Below are positions 61,001 to 64,000 of a stretch of 64,000 bases of DNA, one piece after another. Position 1 is the first letter of the stretch. Each line of letters begins with the position of its first letter. The notes under the pieces were generated by a model that had not been told where the DNA came from, searched no databases, and saw only the letters and a list, made by a program, of their open reading frames with translations. The stretch comes from an uncultured Elusimicrobia bacterium (lineage in GTDB: Bacteria; Elusimicrobiota; Elusimicrobia; 2-01-FULL-59-12), in contig OY969767.1 of the NCBI GenBank assembly GCA_963702895.1, forward strand, positions 704,001 to 768,000, written 5' to 3'. A program made the position numbers and the translations under genes.

Positions 61001-64000
61001 GACATGCGTAGCGCGTTCCTGGTGTTTAAGGGGATTGATTTAGCCACGGACCCGCTTGCGCCGGAGGATGTGAAGTCGATGTTTGATTTCGTGGGGGCGA
61101 AGGACCCCTCCTATGACTCGGAGGCGGTGTTGGCGACGGTGCAGATGATTTATGAGGTGAACGAAAAGACGCTCACGAAGGAATTCCTGTATGTGCATGG
61201 AATCGATGTGACCTATGGAAGGGTGCTTCTCCCGGACGAGGCCAAGCGCTTGGCGGGCATCGCCAACCCTGAAGGCGGCCGCGTGGAAGGGGAGAAACTT
61301 ACGGAGCACTTGGAGGCGGTGAAGGAGATTTATGAGTTGCACATGGAAGTGCAAAAAGATCCAAACAGGACCAAATCCTTCAGGATTCTCAACAAAGGCA
61401 TTGATCTGGGTGGGAAGACGCTTGCGCCGGAGGATGTGAAGCCGATGTTTGAGCTTGTCGGAACCCAGGCGGATCCGGACAAGGGAATCTTCAAGTACAG
61501 TAAGGAAGGGACCTTGGTGACCCTGGATGTGATAACGGAGATCAATCAGGGCGGCAAGAAGAGGCTGGGCGCTTTTGAAGATGTGTTCGGGTTTACGGTG
61601 GAGTGGAACGGAAAACCTTTAAGCCCTGAGAATGCAAGAAGGATGGGTACGATCGCGCACCCGGACGGGGAGGCACTCAAGGGACAGGATCTCACGGACT
61701 TCGGGAAGGACGTGGAATACGCCGCGAGTTACTTGACGGAGTTGCGTAAGCAAGAGACCTTAGGGGACCTGAAGTATCTGACTGGCGTCGATCTGCCCAA
61801 GAAGGGCCCGCTCGATGAGAAGCAGGCCAAAGACCTCTTTGGTCTCCTCTACAAGAGCGCACATGTCCGGCATACGTTTGTGGAGCAGGAGAAATTTGAG
61901 GAGGCGGCGCGGGATCTGGGGTATGCGGCGAAATACCTGGAGGCCCTGCGTAAGACACCGGGAGCGCTGGCGGCGTTAAAGGACCTGACCGGCAAAACGC
62001 TGCCTCCTGAGGAGGGGAAGACCCTGAACGGGGAGGAGATGGATGACCTCATTGGGCTCCTCTACAAGGAAGGCGGGGACCTGCACGATTTTGTGAAGGA
62101 AGAGAAGTTTGAGCAGTCGGCACAGGATCTGGTGTATGCGGCGCAGTACTTAAAGGAACTGCGTGCTGAAGAGGGGGCGCTGGAGGCGCTGGCCTACCTG
62201 ACGGACACGAAGCTCCTGCCGCCCAGCGGCAAACTGACCGGGGACCAGATCGACTTTTTGATGGAGCAGCTCTACAAGGCGGATGGCAAAACGCATCAGG
62301 ATTTTGTGGAGGATAAAGAGTTTAGGGAGGCGGCCCAAAACCTCGTCCCTGCGGCGGACTACCTGAAAGCGCTGCGGGCGACGCCGGGGGCGCTGGAGGC
62401 GCTGGCCTACCTGACGGGCACCCAACCCCTGCCGCCCAGCGGCAAATTGACCGGGGACGAGATTGACTTTTTGATCGGGCAGCTCTACAAGGCGGATGGC
62501 AAGACGCTGCAGGATTTTGTGGGCAAGGGGGCGGAGGCGTACACGAAGGCGGCCGAGAACCTCGTCTCAGCGGCAGAGTTATTAAAGGATAACGAGTACC
62601 GAGAGTTTTATCAAATCCCAGAAAACTTTACGTCTGATCCCGACACCAATCGAGAAGTTATCGAGTTTGTGATAGATCAGGTCTTCACCTTCATCGGAGA
62701 TAAGCGCTACTACACTCAGGGCGAAAGGTTCGTGGAATCTTACCTTCGGGAAGTTCATTTGATGCTGGCCCTGAAGCGGCATATCGAAGGCGTTCGACCG
62801 CTTTGGGAGCTGCTCAATGGCGGCGAGGATTTTGTCTTGGCCTATAACTCCACTCCCCCGCAAAATAAGGATGACGTATATGGCAATCCTTCACAGCGAG
62901 GAATAGACGTTCAATTCCTCCGAGACCTTGTGGGCCTGATTGGCCCGGCGACGCAGTACGGCTTCCAGGATGAAAACCAGCTCTTCGCGATGCTCGACAC
63001 CGCCGCCAAAGTCGCCCCCGCGGCCCAGGAGTACGTGAAGATCCTCCTGCGCGATGGCCAGCTCGGCGAGACCCCGACCCCGAATGTGTACGGGCTGAAA
63101 GTCGATACGGCCGCGCGCGAGCTGCTCTTCTCAGTGGCCGCGGAATTCTCCAATCGCGGAATGTCCAGCCTCCTGGGCATCGACGGCGCGGATCACAGCC
63201 TGGAGAAACTGGCGCTTGTGAAAGCCGCGCGCACGCTCCGCGAAGAAGGCTACTCTGGCCCATTGGATCTTAAGACCTTTGCCCAGCAGCTCAAGGTGTA
63301 TGGCATGGAGCGGGAAGCCTCGGACGTTGTGCGCCTGCGCCAGGCCGCCAGCCGCTACGGCAGCCGCAACGGCGAGTACGCGTTGTCTTTTGCCGCGGCC
63401 AAGACCCTCGAAATCATCCTCTTTGGGGCGGACGAAGTCGGCAAGTACCATTACGTTCTGGAAGGAGTGGGATCCAACGCCGGCTGGGCCGCCCGCCTCA
63501 CGACACCCGCACGGGCCACGGTGACGGACCCCGTCTACGCGCATCGCAAGATCACCGACACCTACACCGCCTTCGGAACGATCCAATCAACCGTGATCGA
63601 AGATCCTTCCGGCTATGAGGACACGGTGACGCTCACGTACGACCAGGATGGCCGCCCCTCCGGGAAATACATTGGGAATGAGCGCGCGGCCACTTATGAA
63701 GCGTGGCGTGTCAAGCGGGATGACCCGGCCTTTAAAGAGCTTGAGCGCTGGATCGGGGCGGAAGCGGCAAAAGCCTTTGCCGAAGTCGACCTCATAAAGG
63801 AAACGGACGTCGAAACCGGCCGCAAGTCGTTGTCTTATTACACCGTCACCGGCGCAGATACTGTTGTCCCCGGAGACCTCATCGCGCAGCAGGTGGGTGA
63901 TGAAGTGACCCTTGTCCGGGACATCGGCCTGGACACCCGGCGTGAGGCCTGGCAGCTCGACTCCTCCGGCCTGGACGCCCGGCGTGAGGCCTGGCAGCTC
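46022..64000 (+). CDS. Giant envelope protein, at least 5,984 aa, 3'-truncated by window (absent from ORF track; start uncertain)
   Basis: Frame +2 opens after TGA 45875-45877 (TTG 46022, ATG 46049) and the window ends in the same frame. The track lists no frame +2 ORF beyond 46 kb, as expected if there is no stop. Spot translations give a signal-like helix, IQDLH...LVTGGFHT domain, LysM (48350-48485), TMs, coiled coils and a beta-rich region. Confidence 0.88.
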   Translation, partial: MISLLLALCMIVDPVWATGVSDFVRASFTHDIRDIMIPAKLGMVTDKWIASVSEYRSNGVPGSRQSRNSATPKHRDSDTVVTPIPRYPDTPVQPFVVLIQDLHANISVQQNISGILQFLYRRTRLSHIFAEAAFGPCDVSILRTLPSRRAQKRFEKKLLDQALIAGDELAAAHVGEGPLSPVKLIGVDDPLLYLANVQAFRDLVSNGPRIAEEWKAIRDILMPGAAPSLRRHLELTEKMLSLKLVDYEWEQYKEHKDWTPGRASRVPSPESRVPSSASRVKGRTQNLNGQTRSAGRKTQDAARKTQDARRVTQDARRVTQDARRETRDALSEAIAAAERFYTAAEARNGAMVDNLLDQMGVSEYRSTGVPESQREGVTEYRGTAVPGSHQSRNSVTPIPRYPDTEIAPVALVTGGFHTASIAHRLKEQGISFMVVTPQVDRLDHEELYVRSMTEPPHETVRAVATSGYRQLTNLKKFAVSFGMGEKFGEWFNRMIKPQYIWKQIKAWAQDSFDVLVREVAARLLRQIMDQPQRLPRFALSRRWAPALAGIGTVLVATLASVADAGTLQAASFAPSLTAASAAQPASDFPSLGAAFWQSASVFLLVSILSILLVAWTWRFFRKWQKAESPHMDIVHRLRNMIPRRSVTPGSRPGVNPSAPRRAKSLQAGQPRKPSPPAVLRLQLATDVPADPVDLRLKLATDVPADRGAKVPSAGQPRTPSYSRVLRLPSVLVMAAGTLSALAASAGKVAAQGLEVAGAAAGQAAKLVQVVSPEAVSEYIIHPGDTLSEIAPQLGTTVQDLVERNHIVDPDLIFANAKLLYPTPHFATDLAVTASQPAAQVAGPAAQAADAAAQAVNTIPSAAQASSWFDSVQQVFSQGSAVLQAHPYLIFGFVGTAIIGLVFYGISRYRAQRSTSAIIEKAWVQALKRTYTSEAQAREAIQAVQALLPKPGPYGDYAEYASDELLTSVMQRMETSKISRGADGQNWILRDGTSNLRREQQAARQVRAYYLGLPRYYLRRLFNAGRRKFLSPWTELVSIVPSPSPVPQTAPSAKVQVSGRQEPSAVHASVAGGEQSAPKAAAVRSQQAAKAAARRRPSGSEKQPRRLQDIPRLAALQLTDEEQMVLAEAPDLMVDKRTEIDAAYRRLNELLDTHIQAYVLSSSKNTYRHLQFAPSKKQRALQRPLQHAQRLKEILRHRPQLLQEAKLLAQALGKNALNQRRKAVDLVLVGSADLTEAAGRLEQVAARVEGELTGELAAVQVAAQETQKDLEAIRRRDGRIHPSVLKSLEQIVRRLPTLFDASSLRGELEHVDRLNGTLIGRVQKAQGFQFLAALQSRVNQILRHLRGIAKLLEALGAQKDLAGSWAESSNNRWQAVLASLAPARRMLAPVVVVLGLVFAGPVWVPYAWSVVATAPYLSGTVLVAGALLVGAIAGVKRYRASTMVVLDLTPKLSGAGVSVLPFLAQAPAPRRLARTGLVSLLQAVSFALPVAAGNMGPFQTPAQELQDQELSGWQRRADYLRRQRGYLDPRSSRAQDLARELSWVEAHLEEVALRTAQMERYLQDPARLSAVHQREARLEKLASELAALEKQKAPASRVEALRLQIRYEELELRRLKIPEELHDISQQKIAILKENKDVDARLKALYAREMTIQAEEEALSQALVASANAYGTSQALLEDLQAGRGDVLGKALGVLIGNFERIEKLPRPEQERILAELAQARGWTGERSEILRQQAIELLERALVPFQARFQIRLDFYDRAMAQAGLRERALNGRVSHAAAAEELEFERESDRAAAVILENPYADVLLEKDYAGVADATLTQEEVELRNHLISIIAHAEARFDQEVVTGVKPSQDSAELADVNWKLATAQGPERENLLKKQKELQASIQKREEAAKLSQRNSEIKALAGRLKLKAGKPQAEFQHLASWLKDLHIAVPPPAPSAGLQQRLAALNPSQRVQAFSEEMERMTERSYDEGLQQAMKVFGEVYGVVVGDEFDQNIADALIKALQSPKDQADVLKVESRLENSEQKEEPSSAPKSTPGFFPNPFAWLWSKIGTEVDAFQEQSSKPKESAADAQIASQLAELERQLGEEKDKHKKDQLTKEIFELRFIQSQRALAGNVRALPDQLSAIPTEQIGQVQTWLVLAGMPEPDAVARGWKYAPQMNAFLRDFQKQRGITGETDASGQPLLLEKTKDALIKAVWAGQRRAQRTQADALARAEERQRQAQLQDEHARAAVQAEAARRKAQEETTTSPERAEAAAGAVENVARMSTDLGTGAEESRRVVAAQQKIPPGMLPAVEKLVNRLSSRAANPLQERAVIYEEIVQVLAQAFSPEALKFALQELIARHANGFFADVAGTLAEHLVGLLALGSSVSLEITQRMLSQTPDVMAIPDRGFRTRETQFADTKLRQFQASDRGFDASQLTMILPRFQVQLGGVTNAGDRSFYGSLGVMLPVDLRAIAQRKEMAQAYAELLTRAIAAKNQMNLEFMKGCLQLLAFEAAIKQAQAAQYAQGITEAERYALEVQVDLLLARHAELARQLSAVFKVPLEGKAMGRLLGEKRQSYFDLRENTQVLEPGTIQSTLEEATEDVTAWLNRESIITQVTTILQGRPGVNVETLGNKLRAALNNAGQSALMSGAGLDEVVHTVLREAHLNPQPIEDNNWEIGFTLAPARAVPKGSDGNRLGRILLAIGTRSRGSLMPALEWNGGVRGRLGAFIHIDLIDPARKGELPAKLRALEAAKARERQLDVEQMRREAAYTSDLLAGPAASGQAAPELVGRYLTARLQQRILGPASEAEQWLETAVPILEGTAADSESSLRGILAAARSRESEAGVSAAQLQLGLVEKKSGRFSLSIDIGAPAGPTLIELAWDRSRFKNQNQIIEQLLKIQNALNLDLVEFQTLAVVEVLIAAHQSPPDSLEAKVAFKQAQFMLRRLLGQAALSLTLSSDTLEGLTRLREELYARQRERQAKATELEAFVAQKVYEVALQNKPSLRITVPASPTPKTVVVAIAKNLISVPVFLVSFLRHGVTPQERAEKRAIDEQQRALEEQQRAQGQKPQSAPKKPMSEREKRLDELERKAREAEEQALAAQIALELEQGGPGVQVIKNNAGQVMLFTEVQGANPAGPSRRYFLVRPTPQTIKDLVNWQPGRRDQEISTLTGSFLAPILVAADLIKVGDLHELAVTEYNSANGKILRTYHVGGEGVQALVQARDTNLNQDLVGQIAWQFLISDFVLGLGFSGTAGQPGRLNQDWMLRNMGRNLKDLSSPMYDVSAVFGHSAFTVRGAYAYDSQSSAGVAALSAPLGENASAGVGGKVNTTGKSTTIIPFGQVSYSHRSDAEGLLTRVSAYFSQDQDYIDLMQNLNRSSAVQLRVFYGAGGQLEFMPVINIQNGRWVLAANIDRHNIEPSFTARWVIKHDLAVRINGMLHDERNYATYVNLIKTLPRGGEYYGGVRATSEQSVQMDLGASTRLRSLTVEGMMLFELEDLARISWGLQVAQHIGHQGGSSWSASVGGDGQDSSRWAFMFQQTLTPLRKLYGLPGAPAPGVPPGEKDGVSAPSAAGGFSEALAQTLGENAAAEKLFDQITRSLSTDAKDLKQAAEALRRELVRLPPEEQARLGPLVQGLLDVIEGLPQGISVLQKASQSVVGKMEAQLVQIDRELEALAPRHAGSAPIQSTRKSLREKLDKVSKIHAEVHKTFQDYLKALQDVQKGRQTLQALGIQTDLSELQQARGEYLRSIEAVHRISQVPRSARSSQDRNEWRRFVELRRSLDPIVQDFLRSAQAEVSSDAQRAWLDYFVIWDWMNPEKPQAAEVMNVMKGLLPHLDRLGQLDMNKSGARELLDQIASAILIGKVDPQSVYALLDRAAEMLPSFARMQGSSAFDLNRSGDLLELLRWVHGNEMAVDAVQKDIRQEKLPESLGTVRQGAQVRAEILKDVATLLRQIIQEADPDGEQFRRSDPQHQALFDNALNVLADAILKDAYLRGASVPKAMLSAQIHYFDLLLQLIGKDNLQGFNIVDYLRHLTNEKTDTSYIRLAYWAIYATHKDIVGLGGAGVREHFQRMLNLRESVREAGLFGRNQEGQNRAFDPERQEDGELLSYLASFLSFHVRWFDKPVNLSGLVSLMKGITLSFQAPFVFLPARLANNTMEPSDLALLIEQAGRLWGKDRAPEPDELKTLVTNAATLIGIEKLGSSKDRRSLQALEEYSRLGELIDAVKAVWEVQPAGLGTDRGVGAALGYEIDRVVDKRETVSHRLQILQTQAAIKSQLEAILKRTLLPQTQDLDLLDRWAGVILARSQDTDPLSYLSQYQRELAPLFGRQESEGLDLQDPEAFRIVNDLAINHAMRAGTVKDVVPHRQGDEVEVEVSLPGVVKAMRELLDVWLLAEGNGERHLRLKDQEAFASLQKWAIRHLMAARLGYAEDYVPKILAAAHEVRPMVEAEESGRLAPNRTRGARASFDKSPLLAVLAEWRIQNPQASPEDIRRVIQEFSDKNRTETGIRGHSQQKERQRNPFLEWIRALREGPPVQKALPGNDANRAPTPRPDAGKPATSAPAVPVRASAQAAPREEAQPRESLTAILPPSRTMVKRSSVRAEGRKKAVDEEIAFPPGFDKVNVSFVIPVLPLFLLSRLLGRKHRGYSRIAFSLGVVGIVLLVPSTAEAQMPPGALTPDGQDLLDAIREFREPWRLGYFNDDWGTKIAAIGIPTPADISKLNDVAFIYGGAADEYFALVYDRVHELVEGYVMPKGYETPFFVLSGIPVDARGVTADNILGLRRYVDARDYNFEDNQKALELIDTLLRDDFLNRAFKYLKGISVEDGVALGRGQVQSIFTIFHPDISPLPLPDGTVWPVPFSEYSLASFTGAMRELYEMHLDFSRAGLGAAFRVLFHDINIDASKVQTPGSEAFLMSLVGTMPYKPEQIRQALIMIKTANPAYVSAFRYVHGLNIAYGNTLTEEERDKFFEIMNPGGVMLEGEKLTEHLEAVEKIYELHEAFKGDMRSAFLVFKGIDLATDPLAPEDVKSMFDFVGAKDPSYDSEAVLATVQMIYEVNEKTLTKEFLYVHGIDVTYGRVLLPDEAKRLAGIANPEGGRVEGEKLTEHLEAVKEIYELHMEVQKDPNRTKSFRILNKGIDLGGKTLAPEDVKPMFELVGTQADPDKGIFKYSKEGTLVTLDVITEINQGGKKRLGAFEDVFGFTVEWNGKPLSPENARRMGTIAHPDGEALKGQDLTDFGKDVEYAASYLTELRKQETLGDLKYLTGVDLPKKGPLDEKQAKDLFGLLYKSAHVRHTFVEQEKFEEAARDLGYAAKYLEALRKTPGALAALKDLTGKTLPPEEGKTLNGEEMDDLIGLLYKEGGDLHDFVKEEKFEQSAQDLVYAAQYLKELRAEEGALEALAYLTDTKLLPPSGKLTGDQIDFLMEQLYKADGKTHQDFVEDKEFREAAQNLVPAADYLKALRATPGALEALAYLTGTQPLPPSGKLTGDEIDFLIGQLYKADGKTLQDFVGKGAEAYTKAAENLVSAAELLKDNEYREFYQIPENFTSDPDTNREVIEFVIDQVFTFIGDKRYYTQGERFVESYLREVHLMLALKRHIEGVRPLWELLNGGEDFVLAYNSTPPQNKDDVYGNPSQRGIDVQFLRDLVGLIGPATQYGFQDENQLFAMLDTAAKVAPAAQEYVKILLRDGQLGETPTPNVYGLKVDTAARELLFSVAAEFSNRGMSSLLGIDGADHSLEKLALVKAARTLREEGYSGPLDLKTFAQQLKVYGMEREASDVVRLRQAASRYGSRNGEYALSFAAAKTLEIILFGADEVGKYHYVLEGVGSNAGWAARLTTPARATVTDPVYAHRKITDTYTAFGTIQSTVIEDPSGYEDTVTLTYDQDGRPSGKYIGNERAATYEAWRVKRDDPAFKELERWIGAEAAKAFAEVDLIKETDVETGRKSLSYYTVTGADTVVPGDLIAQQVGDEVTLVRDIGLDTRREAWQLDSSGLDARREAWQL
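46174..47232. repeat. Three in-frame palindromic repeat inserts in giant ORF 2 (8-mer 46174-46298; 7-mer 46809-47007; 8-mer 47101-47232)
   Basis: Same unit families and core (GGGGTCACRTCAGAGCCGKAACTCCG) as intergenic arrays; frame preserved. Confidence 0.88.
60830..62580 (+). repeat. Intragenic protein repeats in giant ORF 2 (two ~120-aa units, then about four ~70-aa units)
   Basis: EGEKLTEHLEAV..IYELH twice (~60927, ~61286); DL.YAA.YL..LR...GAL.AL..LT...LP....L......L...LYK repeated. Confidence 0.8.

Noticed and set aside
46167..63586. Many listed ORFs, including 52211..53842, 55601..56812 and 56933..58153 on the minus strand
   Set aside because: Shadows of the frame +2 giant ORF in GC-rich DNA; no recognisable motifs.
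1..64000. tRNA, rRNA, IS transposase or prophage genes
   Set aside because: No recognisable signatures by eye; covariance searches were not run.

Overview
GC-rich bacterial chromosomal window. The gene content (Tad pilus, PorV-like barrel, FlgD/CTD protein, giant membrane proteins) resembles Elusimicrobiota/Omnitrophota-type genomes, but that assignment is an inference. In order: a 5'-truncated DUF1016/YhcG gene; a + strand signalling/envelope cluster (TPR-OmpA protein, Cache-HAMP histidine kinase, REC-HisKA hybrid, FtsH-like protease, lipoprotein, NarL-type regulator); a divergent Tad/Flp locus (two pilins, one missing from the ORF track; TadE x2, TadG, CpaB, minimal secretin, CpaE-TadA, TadB, TadC, TPR) that also carries a PorV-like barrel and a FlgD/CTD protein; an Avd-like four-helix-bundle gene inside 8-nt repeats; a ~3,940-aa giant protein containing a divergent SecA-like ATPase; a small island of AAA+/TA-like genes; and a second giant ORF of at least 5,984 codons that runs off the window and is absent from the ORF track (LysM, PG-binding-like, TolC-like, beta-barrel-like regions and internal signal-peptide-like segments). 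One 32-nt promoter motif, GTAAY-N6-GTAAC-N8-GKTA, occurs five times and links the Tad operons to the second giant gene. At least six families of palindromic short-tandem/REP-like repeats occupy intergenic DNA and also sit in frame inside proteins, mostly in leader peptides. Three frameshifts fall in homopolymers and are probably assembly errors. No rRNA, tRNA, CRISPR array, transposase or integrase was recognised. All domain calls are from motif recognition by eye; no searches were run.
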